The position numbers were made by a program, and so were the translations under genes. Of a DNA stretch of 64,000 nucleotides, positions 42,419-53,049 are shown one piece after another (positions within the stretch are counted from its first letter, which is position 1; every line of letters starts with the position of its first letter). The DNA is taken from positions 1,088,001 through 1,152,000 of the forward strand of contig CAWDFP010000006.1 of NCBI GenBank assembly GCA_963801605.1, given 5' to 3'. Source of the stretch: an uncultured candidate division Zixibacteria bacterium. Its GTDB lineage: Bacteria; Zixibacteria; MSB-5A5; UBA10806. The notes beneath the pieces are model-generated. The model was given only the letters and a program-made list of their open reading frames with translations, had not been told where the DNA came from and searched no databases.

Positions 42419-44167
42419 ATGAAAAAGAACGATAGATCTATTCTCTGGCTTCTCAAACCATATATTCTGAAATATAAAAAATTATGGATATTCGGTTTTA
42501 TTGCAGTAGCACTGACCGATATTTTCATGTTAGCCTATCCCTGGTTGCTAAAAAGAGCCATAGACTCGCTACAGAAAAATGCTACTCCTAAACAGATAGC
42601 GCTTGATGCGGCATCCATATTGGGGGTGATATTCATATCATCCATTTTCCGCTATTTTATGCGTCAAACCTTAATTGTAGCTTCGCGACGAATTGAATAT
42701 GATTTCAGGAACGATTTTTTCTCTCATCTTTTAATTTTGGACCGCCCCTATTACAATAAGAGGCCCACCGGCGATATCATGGCTCGTGCTACCAGTGATT
42801 TGGATGCTGTCAGGAATATGCTAGGCCCCGGCGTTATGAATTTTGTCTCGACCGCAATTATCTTAGCTATGGCGCTGCCAATGATGATCTCAATCAGCCC
42901 CAAACTTACTCTGCTTTCGATGGCCCCTATGCCGCTTATAAGCATAATAGTGCTCTTTTTGGGGCATGAGGTTCACAAACGCTATACCAAAATCCAGGAA
43001 CAATATTCGGCGATTACGGCGCGTGCTCAGGAGAATTTTTCCGGTATTCGGGTAGTCAAAGCGTATGTGCAGGAGCAAGCCGAAATCGATGATTTTTCCG
43101 AATTGAATAATACTTACGTTAAGCGCAATATGTCGATGATCGTAATTTGGGGCATTCTGTTTCCCGCGGTGGCGCTTTTCGGCGGAGTGGCCTTGGTCAT
43201 GGTGATCTGGTTTGGAGGAAAAGCCGTCGCGGCAGGCACTATGACATTAGGTTCATTTGTGGCGTTTATCGCATACCTGATAAGTTTAATTTGGCCAATG
43301 GTTGCTGTTGGCTGGGTGGTTGGCTTATATCAGCGTGGCAAAGCCTCTCTTGTACGAATAAAGGAGATACTGGATGCCAGGCCGGTCGTGGTTGATAGTC
43401 CCAATGCTGTTTCGCGTCCAATAGCGGGGAAAATAGCATTTCGCAACCTAATATTTGGATACGATTCCAAGGATATTCTCAAAGGGATCGATCTCAAAAT
43501 CGAACCCGGTACAAATATGGCGATTATCGGAGGAACGGGATGCGGTAAATCAACTCTGGTTTCGCTTCTTATCCGGGCTTATCCGGTGGAGCGAGGAATG
43601 ATATTTATCGATGATATTGATATTAACGATTATGCTTTGCAATCGCTCCGGTCTCAGGTTGTGCCCGTCATGCAAGAGACATTTCTATTCTCAGAAACTA
43701 TTCGAAGCAATATCGCTTTTGGGGATTATGATCAGAATTTCGAGGCGATCTCACAGTCTGCGATGATTGCCGGACTGGCAACTGAGATCGATGAGTTTCC
43801 ATCCAAATACGACACCATTCTGGGTGAACGGGGAATAACACTTTCCGGAGGGCAGAAACAGCGAGCGGCATTAGCTCGGGCTTTGGCCGCCGATCCGCGG
43901 GTTCTAATTCTGGATGATGCCTTTTCATCGGTTGATACGCGTACCGAGGAGGATATTCTAGCCAACCTCCGGCAAATTCTGAAAGGCCGGACCAGCATCA
44001 TGATTTCGCATCGCATTTCGACTGTTAAGAGCGCTGATTTGATTCTGGTTATGCATGATGGTAAAATCGTTGAGCGCGGGCGGCACAACGAGCTCCTGGT
44101 GCTTGGAGGACGATATGCCGAACTGTATGAACGTCAATTACTCAAGGATGAGTTGGAGGCGCTATGA
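42419..44167 (+). CDS. ABC exporter half-transporter (TMD+NBD, MdlA/YheI-like)
   Basis: TM domain; GGTGCGKST, LSGGQKQR, LILDDAFS, ISHR. Confidence 0.93.
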   Translation: MKKNDRSILWLLKPYILKYKKLWIFGFIAVALTDIFMLAYPWLLKRAIDSLQKNATPKQIALDAASILGVIFISSIFRYFMRQTLIVASRRIEYDFRNDFFSHLLILDRPYYNKRPTGDIMARATSDLDAVRNMLGPGVMNFVSTAIILAMALPMMISISPKLTLLSMAPMPLISIIVLFLGHEVHKRYTKIQEQYSAITARAQENFSGIRVVKAYVQEQAEIDDFSELNNTYVKRNMSMIVIWGILFPAVALFGGVALVMVIWFGGKAVAAGTMTLGSFVAFIAYLISLIWPMVAVGWVVGLYQRGKASLVRIKEILDARPVVVDSPNAVSRPIAGKIAFRNLIFGYDSKDILKGIDLKIEPGTNMAIIGGTGCGKSTLVSLLIRAYPVERGMIFIDDIDINDYALQSLRSQVVPVMQETFLFSETIRSNIAFGDYDQNFEAISQSAMIAGLATEIDEFPSKYDTILGERGITLSGGQKQRAALARALAADPRVLILDDAFSSVDTRTEEDILANLRQILKGRTSIMISHRISTVKSADLILVMHDGKIVERGRHNELLVLGGRYAELYERQLLKDELEAL

Positions 44168-44715
44168 GTTTCTTAAAGGATCAAGTTCCCGCCATGGAAA
44201 AGCGGTTCGGTGTGCCGGATATTTTGACAAGAGTCCAGCCCGTTTCTCCTACTGATTTCGGATATATTAAATCCACCATGATCGATGGTAGGGCGCACGA
44301 TATCACTTTTTTTATTTCCAAGGATGATGGCTTTATCTTTATCGCCAAACCGTTTTATCCACCGGGGCTTTTTCGGGCGCCATCGGGCGGAGTACATCCT
44401 GGTGAGGATTTCGAGGTTGGGGCCAAACGCGAGGCACGCGAGGAAACTGGCGTCGAGATAGAGCTCGAAAAATATATCCTCCGCATCGATGTTAGTTTTC
44501 AATCTCCGAACGATACGCTGGAATGGACATCGCATATTTTCAAGGCGCATTATCTGAGCGGCGAGATTGAGCCGATCGATCGACACGAGATCAGCGCCGC
44601 CCGCCTGATTCATCTTGACGAAATCCCAACATTCAACGAAATCATGCTGGCCACCGGCCGGGGCGGCTTTGCCTACCGGGCGTTCCTGACTGACGAGTCG
44701 CTCAAGCGGTTGTAA
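44164..44715 (+). CDS. NUDIX hydrolase
   Basis: Nudix box GG.HPGEDFEVGAKREAREETG; ATGA overlap with ABC gene. Confidence 0.9.
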   Translation: MSFLKDQVPAMEKRFGVPDILTRVQPVSPTDFGYIKSTMIDGRAHDITFFISKDDGFIFIAKPFYPPGLFRAPSGGVHPGEDFEVGAKREAREETGVEIELEKYILRIDVSFQSPNDTLEWTSHIFKAHYLSGEIEPIDRHEISAARLIHLDEIPTFNEIMLATGRGGFAYRAFLTDESLKRL

Positions 44716-44720
44716 GCCTG

Positions 44721-44903
44721 GCCCGCGGGTTCCGCTCTCGCGACTTCGTCGCGAGGAGAAATCCGATTGCCCCGTGATGTCCGGCAGTAGCCGAACATCG
44801 CGGGTTATGCCTTGAGGATTAATCCTCAAGGCTTGGGCACAAGGTGCCGCAATCGGATTTCAGCATTCGGTCCCAATGGGATCGAAAGGCGGAACCCACG
44901 GGC
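44721..44903. repeat. Palindromic REPIN/MITE-like doublet element, copy 2
   Basis: Terminal IR GCCCGCGGGTTCCGC / GCGGAACCCACGGGC; inner GAAATCCGATTGC / GCAATCGGATTTC; internal hairpins. Confidence 0.85.
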
Positions 44904-44925
44904 TTCTAAATCATCTATTGTGATT

Positions 44926-45798
44926 TTATTGAGATTTGTCTATCGGAAACAGCTTGGCCAGCCGCACAGGGCAGTTCTCGGAGTCATCGACGCCGCGCAG
45001 ACAGTAGAAGCGACGGTATATAGCTGGCTGTTGACGGCGGTTATCGGTGATATCGACCAGAGAAATGTAGGAGCATCCCTGGCAGGGCTCGACCGGCCCA
45101 ATAATAATTTTGCCCGTCGCTCTGCCTACAAGCGCACGGGAGACATTGAGATTCGATTTGCCGCCGTTGTGAGTGATTTCGAATTGTTTGGGCTTGCGCA
45201 GAATAATTCGTCCGCGCGATTCGGTGAAATAGGCTTTGCATTCGAGATGATTCCCCGGAGCAATCGCCAGCCGTTCTAATTGATTGCCGGAGAGCTTGAG
45301 ATAGAGACGGTCGTCAAAGAGGTCGCGGTCGATATGGCCGCTGTCGAATGTTACATAGAAACCATCCATCTCAACCGCTCTGGTATTGGGATCGATATGC
45401 ATCTCCAAGTGTGGCGTAACCGAATCGACCTCGCCGGCGAATTCGATCAGACGGCCATCCATCGATTCCAGCCAGCCCTGGTATTCGCGGAGCGCGTCGA
45501 TGAATTCGGCCTGCTCGGCCTCGTCAAGTGTCGATTCGGCTAAATAGTTTTCCTTGATTTCGTGGTATTGTTTGCAGGAGAAACAGCCTCGGCCCACATG
45601 CTTGAAACCGCGCGGGCAGGCCTGGCCTTTCTCGAACGTGTGGCAGCGCCAGAGAAATTCGACACATCCTTTGCCGTGGCAGCGTTTGACACAGAATATA
45701 TGGTATGGTGAAACCTCGTAGCCGAACTGCTTGTGGGCGGGGTGATGGCAGCTAAACAGCCCAACCGCCTTATACAAATTGCGGATTACCTGCGCCAT
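44926..45798 (-). CDS. Cys/His-rich hypothetical protein
   Basis: Long ORF, start set at ATG 45798; N-terminal Cys/His cluster and C-terminal CxxC...C...C. Confidence 0.75.
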   Translation of the reverse strand: MAQVIRNLYKAVGLFSCHHPAHKQFGYEVSPYHIFCVKRCHGKGCVEFLWRCHTFEKGQACPRGFKHVGRGCFSCKQYHEIKENYLAESTLDEAEQAEFIDALREYQGWLESMDGRLIEFAGEVDSVTPHLEMHIDPNTRAVEMDGFYVTFDSGHIDRDLFDDRLYLKLSGNQLERLAIAPGNHLECKAYFTESRGRIILRKPKQFEITHNGGKSNLNVSRALVGRATGKIIIGPVEPCQGCSYISLVDITDNRRQQPAIYRRFYCLRGVDDSENCPVRLAKLFPIDKSQ

Positions 45799-45988
45799 GA
45801 CGGGAATATAACAATTATTAGCAAAAAATCCAAACAGCATAAAGTTGCGGCAGGTCGTAGGCTTCCGTGACCTGACGCATAGGATATGTTAGGGGAGAGG
45901 GCGCCGAAAGGGAGAAGTTTGATTGTCCCCAGTTATGCGGATGTAAATTGGTGACGGTTAATTCAATTGACATACTAACGATGTCAAA

Positions 45989-46681
45989 TTATTGAAATAA
46001 GGTATCAGGCAAGCATTGGTATTTATTAAGATCAAATTGAGTAAGGAATTTGAGTTGAATTGCTTTGACAAATTCATTTGTAATGTTAGTAAATAATTCC
46101 TCTGGATTAATCTTAATATTGGCGTCATCGAATATATTTAGGATTCTAAGCAATAGCATCGTTGAATTCGTTACAAACAAATCATCATCCTTAATATTAT
46201 CCGGTATCGATTCTCCTCGAATATAATTGGCGATTCCACGTTGCGCTATATTCTTATATTCATTTGTAGTAGTACAACCAATAAGGCCAGATATATTTTT
46301 ATTTGATTGGAACAGGTTGTTTAGTGCAATATCTGTCTCTGCTTCCACATGGGGATATAACTTTGCAATCTTTTGTGTTGCCTCAGGAAATCTATTTAAT
46401 AGGATTATCTGCCAAATACAATCATAATATATTCTTTCTTCCATGAATAATTTGCCTGTATAAGCTGCAATCCTCGGGGAGACATGAAGTATATTCGCTG
46501 TGCTAATTACTGAATTTGTTAAAGTAAAACTAACCAATAATCCGGGTGCATCAGGATTATTGAGAAAATTAGCACCAGCTGACATGTAATACTCTAACAT
46601 GTTTTGTAGCCAATCAGATATGATTAAGGCATCAATGGAGCTGTCGGGGCGCTTATTACGAAATTTATTGAATAAATTCAT
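45989..46681 (-). CDS. AT-rich hypothetical protein
   Basis: 230-aa ORF in a visibly AT-rich segment; no recognisable motif. Confidence 0.65.
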   Translation of the reverse strand: MNLFNKFRNKRPDSSIDALIISDWLQNMLEYYMSAGANFLNNPDAPGLLVSFTLTNSVISTANILHVSPRIAAYTGKLFMEERIYYDCIWQIILLNRFPEATQKIAKLYPHVEAETDIALNNLFQSNKNISGLIGCTTTNEYKNIAQRGIANYIRGESIPDNIKDDDLFVTNSTMLLLRILNIFDDANIKINPEELFTNITNEFVKAIQLKFLTQFDLNKYQCLPDTLFQ

Positions 46682-46805
46682 ACATATATTATAGGTAGAT
46701 TAATACATTTGATCAATGGATAATTATAATAAATATTCGGGATGTCGCATCTAAGTTACATGAGCGTCAACCAATTTCGGCTACCCGTTCGAGTACAATT
46801 AAAAC

Positions 46806-46831
46806 CGCAGGTCCCAGGGGACCTGCGCTAC
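46806..46831 (-). repeat. GTAG-type REP-like palindrome
   Basis: Minus strand GTAG-CGCAGGTCCC-CT-GGGACCTGCG. Confidence 0.55.
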
Positions 46832-46886
46832 AATCTACAATTTGTATTTTATATGGGCGCCTTCATTGTGCCCATCTATTTATAAA

Positions 46887-48691
46887 TTATGATTTTCCCA
46901 CCTGCAAAATCGCAAAAAACGCTTCTTGCGGGATTTCCACCTGGCCGACCTGCTTCATCCGCTTCTTGCCCTCTTTCTGACGTTCGAGGAGCTTGCGTTT
47001 GCGGGTGATATCGCCGCCGTAACATTTGGCGGTCACGTTCTTGCGCAGCGGCTTGACCGATTCGCGGGCAATAATGCGGTTGCCAATCGCGGCCTGAATG
47101 ACGACCTCGAACATTTGCCGAGGAATCAGCTTGCGAAGCTTCTGGCAAAGCTCCCGTCCCCACTCGTACGCCTTTTCGGTGATGCAGGATATAGGAAAGC
47201 GCGTCAACCGGATCGTCATTAAGCAGGATATCGAGCTTAACAAGTTTCGAGATGCGGTAATCCAAAAACTCGTAATCGAGCGACGCGTAACCGCGCGAGA
47301 CCGATTTCATCTTGTCGAAGAAATCGAAAATGATCTCCGAGAGCGGTATCTCGTAATGCAGGCTGGCGCGCTGAGCGTCGATATACTCGGTGTTGCGATA
47401 GACCCCGCGACGGTCCAGGCAGAGCTTCATGAGATTGCCGATATACTCCGATGGCGTCACAATCGAGGCCTTCACAAACGGCTCCTCGACGCTCTCAATT
47501 CTGGATACATCTGGCATCAGCGACGGGTTATCCACTAAAAGCTGCTCGCCGTCGGTGGTATTGATATGATATTCCACCGTCGGAACGGTATTGATAATGC
47601 TAAGCTCGTATTCGCGCTGCAGACGTTCCTGGACAATCTCCATGTGGAGCAATCCCAGAAAGCCGCAGCGGAAACCGAAACCAAGCGCGTTCGATGTCTC
47701 CGGCTCGAATACCAGCGCCGAATCGTTCATCTGAAGTTTTTCGATTGCCGTTCGCAGGTCCTCGAAATTCTCGCTGTCGGTGGGATAAAGTCCGGCAAAC
47801 ACCATCGGCTTGGCCTTGCGGAAACCCGGCAGCGGATATCGAGGCCGGTTTCTCGCGGGTGGTGATCGTATCGCCCACCTGCGTATCGCGCACATTGCGG
47901 ATATTGCCGATTATATACCCCACCTCGCCTGCGGTTAGTTGCTCCAGCGGGAAATACTTAAGCTTGAGATACCCCACTTCATCGATTTGATATTCTCTGT
48001 CATGCGCAAACAGACGCATCCAATCGTTCTTGTGGAAGGTGCCATCGAACACCCGCACATAAGCTACCGCGCCGCGATACGTATCAAACGCCGAATCGAA
48101 AATCAGCGCCCGCGGCGGTGCATCGAGATCGCCGACCGGAGCCGGTATCTCTTTGACTATCGCCTCCAATAGTTCACTGATACCAACACCCGCCTTAGCC
48201 GATACGCGGTGCACTTCCTTGCTTTCCACTCCCAGCAAGTTGGCGAGGTCATCGACAACGCGATCAGTCTCTGCCGATGGCAGATCGATTTTATTGACCA
48301 CCGGAATAATATGCAGTTCGGCTTCCATTGCGAGATAAAGATTGGAAATAGTCTGAGCCTCGATTCCCTGGGAGGCATCAACGACTAACAAGGCCCCTTC
48401 GCAGGCAAACAGCGAACGCGAGACCTCATACGTGAAATCGACATGCCCCGGCGTATCGATCAGGTTCAGGACGTACTCCTGGCCATCGGAGGCGATATAG
48501 TTCATCTTAATAGCATGGGATTTGATGGTAATGCCGCGCTCGCGCTCCAGATCCATCGAATCGAGGATCTGCATTTTCATCTCGCGATGCGAAATGGTAT
48601 GCGTCTCCTCCAGCAGCCTGTCGGCAAGTGTCGATTTCCCATGATCGATATGGGCGATAATGCAAAAATTCCTGATATGACTAACTTCCAT
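46887..48691 (-). CDS. lepA: Translation elongation factor 4 (two apparent frameshifts near 47840 and 47180)
   Basis: [37 protein letters not shown] and [15 protein letters not shown] across three frames. Confidence 0.95.
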
Positions 48692-48766
48692 AGCTCGTTA
48701 ATTTAAGCAAATCGAGGTGAAAAACAAGGCTTATATGGTTTCTAGCCAACGGCTTGAAATCTTGAT

Positions 48767-49429
48767 TTACTTAATCCGTCTATTTTGGGGAAGAAGAAAG
48801 CCCATCTTTTTGGCTTTCTCCAACGGATAGATATTATCCCTGATCCACCTTATGCCCTGCGAAACATGAGGATTATCCAGTATAAAAAATCGCCAGAGCT
48901 GTTCGCTTCCGCCTGCACCAATCCCTATTCGCGGTGAGGCGCCTATCTTCGGCTTTCTCTCCGGCGGCCCAACTATATAAATATGCGATCCCGTTAAATC
49001 AGTCCCATTATCTTTACCTTCAACTCCTAAAGCTTTGGCCAGCTTTCCCGGCCCGGATGAGATATTAGCAATATCATCCGTTCCTCGCCGCGCCGCCATT
49101 GTATCGATATTGCTGTTCGGCTCTATACCCCGAAGCAGAACCGCCGCCGGATAGCCGTCATCCTCGGTAACTACATTAAGCATAAAATGATTTCCGTAGG
49201 TGAAATAGACATAGAGAAATCCCGGCTTGCCATACATAACTTCATTGCGCCGGGTGCGTCCCTTGAAGGCGTGACAGGCGGGATCATCCGGTCCGCAATA
49301 AGCTTCTGTCTCAACGATTACGCCGCCGGTTTTAATACCGTCAGTGTTGCACACAATCTGACAGCCCAGCAGAGCGAGCGCCACCTCAATCGTATTTCGA
49401 TTATAAAACGATCTTGAAAGCTTTTTCAT
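48767..49429 (-). CDS. mpg: DNA-3-methyladenine glycosylase (AAG/MPG family)
   Basis: IVETEAY, DPACH, YVYFTYG.H, AVLLR, SGPGKL, RIGI. Confidence 0.93.
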   Translation of the reverse strand: MKKLSRSFYNRNTIEVALALLGCQIVCNTDGIKTGGVIVETEAYCGPDDPACHAFKGRTRRNEVMYGKPGFLYVYFTYGNHFMLNVVTEDDGYPAAVLLRGIEPNSNIDTMAARRGTDDIANISSGPGKLAKALGVEGKDNGTDLTGSHIYIVGPPERKPKIGASPRIGIGAGGSEQLWRFFILDNPHVSQGIRWIRDNIYPLEKAKKMGFLLPQNRRIK

Positions 49430-50256
49430 TTCTCTTTTGGAAATTGTGCTGTAACGCCATGCTTCTCAAGCAGGGTATTAGCGGCCTTGATTCCCCCGCC
49501 AAGCTGTGACGGTTTATGCGAATCGGAACCAACCGATACTATCTTCACTCCCGCCGCTATAGCGCGCTCTATTATCGATGGTTTAGGATGAAACGTTTCC
49601 ACTCCGTAACGAAATGGTGATGTATTTATCTCAATTCCCTTATTGTTTTTGATGATTGTCTGAAACACGTCATCATATCTCTCTGGCTCAATTCTATCGA
49701 TCTGATCGCCGTAGTAATCCCGCGCATAACGCACATAATAATCAAGATGCGCCAGGCAATCGAAACCCGGAACTTGCGCCGATTTTATGAGCAGTTCGAA
49801 ATAATCGTTGGCCATCTGATCGAGCGTTTTTCTTTCAAAGTACGATGGCGCCTCATTTTTCTCCGAAATAGAAACATTATCCAAACAATGCACCGAGCCA
49901 ATCACAAAATCCAACGGGAAAAGCCTCCTGACTCGCTCAACTTCCTTGTCTACGCCATCGAAATAATCAAATTCTAATCCGCGGTAAATTTTAAGGCCAA
50001 ATTGCGAGTAATACTCTCTGGCTTGCTCGATCTCATTGAAATATCTTTCAAGAAGCTCATCGCTAACCCTGACCCGTTTCCCGTCTACGCGCCAATAGGC
50101 ATCCTTCTCAATTCGCAATGGATTCAGATCATAGTGCGATGTAAAGCAGATATGCCCGATATTAATTTCCAGCGCCCGGTCGCAGTACTGACGGATCGTG
50201 CCGGCGGCATCGAGCGAATAGCCAGGATGAATATGAAAATCCGATAACTTTGTCAT
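49426..50256 (-). CDS. PHP-family histidinol-phosphatase-like protein (HisJ/HisK type)
   Basis: DFHIH, GLEFD, DFVIGSVH, AHLD, EINTS, GSDSH. Confidence 0.85.
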   Translation of the reverse strand: MTKLSDFHIHPGYSLDAAGTIRQYCDRALEINIGHICFTSHYDLNPLRIEKDAYWRVDGKRVRVSDELLERYFNEIEQAREYYSQFGLKIYRGLEFDYFDGVDKEVERVRRLFPLDFVIGSVHCLDNVSISEKNEAPSYFERKTLDQMANDYFELLIKSAQVPGFDCLAHLDYYVRYARDYYGDQIDRIEPERYDDVFQTIIKNNKGIEINTSPFRYGVETFHPKPSIIERAIAAGVKIVSVGSDSHKPSQLGGGIKAANTLLEKHGVTAQFPKEK

Positions 50257-50885
50257 GATAAAAAGGGATTGTAATCCCTTTCCTGCTCGATAGTCGTATC
50301 CGGGCCATGACCAGAATAAACTATTGTATCCTCAGGAAGCGTCAGAAGCTTTTTATGAATCGATTCCAAGAGTGTCTCATGCGATGAGCCCGGAAAATCA
50401 GTGCGCCCGATCGATCCTAAGAAAAGAGCATCGCCGGTAAAGACAACTCCATGACCATAAAGCGAGATTGAGCCAGGCGAATGTCCCGGTGTTTCGAAAA
50501 CCTTAAATTGCAGTTCTCCGATGGAAATGATATCATCCTCATGCAGGAGCTTATCCGCCGGAAGAGCCTTAAATTGTTCGCCTAACGATGCCGAAAGATT
50601 GGCATTAGGATCGATAAGCATTACGGCATCTTTTTCTCCAATCATTACACTGGCGCCAAAATGCCGACGGATTTCATCTAACGCCATAATATGATCGGCG
50701 TGGCCATGCGTAATAATGATATTTTCAATTTTCAGATCATGCTGTTGGACATGTGAAATTATCGTCTCTGCATCCCAACCCGGATCGATTATAATTCCCT
50801 TTTTCGATTTTGGGTCCCCCACGATATAACAGTTAACGAAAAACGGTCCAACTTCCAGAATGTCGATAATCGGTTCATTACTCAT
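50253..50885 (-). CDS. MBL-fold metallo-hydrolase (YcbL/glyoxalase II-like)
   Basis: THGHADH, TPGHSPG, GDALF, GRTD, GHGP.T. Confidence 0.93.
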   Translation of the reverse strand: MSNEPIIDILEVGPFFVNCYIVGDPKSKKGIIIDPGWDAETIISHVQQHDLKIENIIITHGHADHIMALDEIRRHFGASVMIGEKDAVMLIDPNANLSASLGEQFKALPADKLLHEDDIISIGELQFKVFETPGHSPGSISLYGHGVVFTGDALFLGSIGRTDFPGSSHETLLESIHKKLLTLPEDTIVYSGHGPDTTIEQERDYNPFLS

Positions 50886-52734
50886 CTATAGTTTTCCCCA
50901 TTGATTCCTGCGAATCCGCTGATTGATTGAAATATTCGTAAACGGCCCTGGCAATATTAGTCGGGATATTGGGCGTAGCAGAAAGAGCCTCCAGGGAAGC
51001 ACTTTTTATTCCCTCGACCGAACCGAAAGCGGCTAACAGATCAAGTTTCCTTTTTTTGCCGACTCCCGGAATCTTTTCGATTTCGGACTCTTCCAATCGT
51101 TTCGATCTTAAGTTGCGATGATAAGTCACCGCGAATCTGTGCGCCTCATCACGTATGCGCTGCAAGAGCTTCAACGATGATGACGTCCGGGGAATCGAAA
51201 GCGGCTCGGATCGCCCCGGAAGAAAAACCTCCTCGAAACGCTTGGCCAGCGAGGCAACCTGCAGCTCCTCGATATTCTGCTCTCTAATTGCGGATAGCGC
51301 CGCGTTAAGCTGCCCTTTTCCACCATCGATTAAAAGCAAATCAGGATAATCCTTTTGGTTTTCGGCTAAATGCACTAAGTAGCGGCCCACGACTTCTTTC
51401 ATCATCGAAAAATCGTCCTGTCCCTCAACCGATCTGATCCGCATCCGACGATATTCGCTTTTCTTGGGCTGCCCATCGGAGAAAAAAACCACCGATCCAA
51501 CCGCCAGATCCTTTCCAAGATTTGAAATATCGAACGCTGCCATGGTTCGCGGCAGGGTTTTGAGATAAAGATCGCGCTCCAGAGAATAAACCGAGTGATG
51601 CGCTCTCGTTTTGGTAGCGCTTTTCTGAATAAGGTAGAGATCGAGATTATGTTTGGCATTATGAAGCGCCATATCGATTAATTCCACCTTCTCGCCGCGT
51701 TGAGGCACGATGATATATATTCGATGTTCGGCCTTTTCTTTCAAAAACTCCTCGATTAACTCGGCATCCGAAATTTCGGTCGGGATAATTATCTCATTGG
51801 GGTAAATTGTGGCGGTCTTGTAGTATCTGGGAATGAAGTTTCTGACGATCTCTCCGATACTCTCCCCGGCCGTAGCCACAATATAATGTTCCTGGCCGAT
51901 CAGGATACCCTCGCGCACCTGGAGAAGCGCCACGCAGGCATCGCCTCCTTCGGTTGCCACCGCGATAATGTCGCGATCAATCTGGTCGTGGCTTACGGCC
52001 CGCTGTTTCTGAATGACCGATTCTATCGCTCGAAGCTGATCCCGAATTTTGGCCGCCTCCTCATATTTCATCTCCTCGGATAGCTTTTCCATGCGCTCCT
52101 TAAGACGATTCGAGATCTCTTTCGATTTACCGGAAAGAAACATGATAACTTCATCGATCATCGCCCGGTAAGCTTCGGGAGTGGTTTTGCCTTCTTCGCA
52201 GCAACCCGGGCATCGCCCGATGAAATAATCGAGACAAACGTGATGTTTTCGTTTTGATGGCAGCTCCAGGGAACAGGAGCGGATCGGGAATAATCGTCGT
52301 ACCACCGCCAATGTTTTCCGCATGGCTCCGGCATTGGTATAAGGTCCGAAATATTTGGATTTATCACCAGCCATACGGCGAACTACAAATAGCCTGGGAA
52401 AAAGTTCCTCAGTCGTTATTTTTATATAGGGAAATCGCTTATCATCCTTAAGATCAATATTGTATCGAGGCTTGTGCTCTTTAATAAGATTCGATTCCAG
52501 AATCAGCGCATCGATCTCGGAATTAGTAACCAGGATATCGAGATTTGCGATTTGCGTTACAAGTTGTTCGGTTTTCGGATCGGTATGGTTCTTTTGAAAA
52601 TAAGAGCGCACCCTTTTCCGCAACGATTTAGCCTTACCGATATAGATTATCTGGCCATCATCGTTCTTAAATAGGTAGCAACCCGGTAATTCGGGAAGAT
52701 TGGCTAATTTGATATCCAAATCACCATTACTCAT
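50878..52734 (-). CDS. uvrC: Excinuclease ABC subunit C
   Basis: GIY-YIG (IIYIGKAKSLR.RV.SYF), Cys cluster, UVR, PDLLLIDGGKGQL, RDEAHRFA, HhH. Confidence 0.97.
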   Translation of the reverse strand: MSNGDLDIKLANLPELPGCYLFKNDDGQIIYIGKAKSLRKRVRSYFQKNHTDPKTEQLVTQIANLDILVTNSEIDALILESNLIKEHKPRYNIDLKDDKRFPYIKITTEELFPRLFVVRRMAGDKSKYFGPYTNAGAMRKTLAVVRRLFPIRSCSLELPSKRKHHVCLDYFIGRCPGCCEEGKTTPEAYRAMIDEVIMFLSGKSKEISNRLKERMEKLSEEMKYEEAAKIRDQLRAIESVIQKQRAVSHDQIDRDIIAVATEGGDACVALLQVREGILIGQEHYIVATAGESIGEIVRNFIPRYYKTATIYPNEIIIPTEISDAELIEEFLKEKAEHRIYIIVPQRGEKVELIDMALHNAKHNLDLYLIQKSATKTRAHHSVYSLERDLYLKTLPRTMAAFDISNLGKDLAVGSVVFFSDGQPKKSEYRRMRIRSVEGQDDFSMMKEVVGRYLVHLAENQKDYPDLLLIDGGKGQLNAALSAIREQNIEELQVASLAKRFEEVFLPGRSEPLSIPRTSSSLKLLQRIRDEAHRFAVTYHRNLRSKRLEESEIEKIPGVGKKRKLDLLAAFGSVEGIKSASLEALSATPNIPTNIARAVYEYFNQSADSQESMGKTIDE

Positions 52735-52921
52735 ACTTGATTATACTATAATATAGGGCCGAAGGGCAATGTCAAGTCGTTATAATGGCTAAATTTAGGA
52801 GCTAATTTAGAGGATAAAATAGGAGCGCCAAGCCCGCTAACAATCCCGTTACGATAAGCATTAAATCCATATTGCTTAGCTTCAGGTGTTTTTCTTTTAG
52901 GATTATCATATAAACCGCCTT

Positions 52922-53023
52922 AAAAAAACGCACGGGAGTGGAGGAGGGGGATGCCCCGAATCATTCGGGGGGGTTCGGGGTGACCGAACCGCACCACTCC
53001 CGCGCCATATTAATACTTTCGAT
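52922..53023 (-). ncRNA. Candidate sigma54-dependent structured small RNA
   Basis: 12-bp closing stem GCGCGGGAGTGG/CCACTCCCGTGC enclosing two hairpins and an unpaired TCCCCCTCCT; T7 directly after; -24/-12 site upstream. 5' end estimated. Confidence 0.55.
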
Positions 53024-53032
53024 TTGAATAAC

Positions 53033-53049
53033 TGGCAAGTTATATGCCC
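53033..53049 (-). promoter_or_regulatory. sigma54 (-24/-12) promoter candidate
   Basis: Minus strand GGGCATATAACTTGCCA (GG-N10-GC with TTGC); IHF-like ATTCAATAAGTTA at 53109-53121. Confidence 0.6.

Noticed and set aside
46887..48691. lepA (and genes at 7.5, 15-17.5 and 34.4 kb) as pseudogenes or programmed frameshifts
   Set aside because: Small indels in otherwise well-conserved genes, including near-universal lepA, fit long-read consensus errors better. Short-read polishing would settle it.
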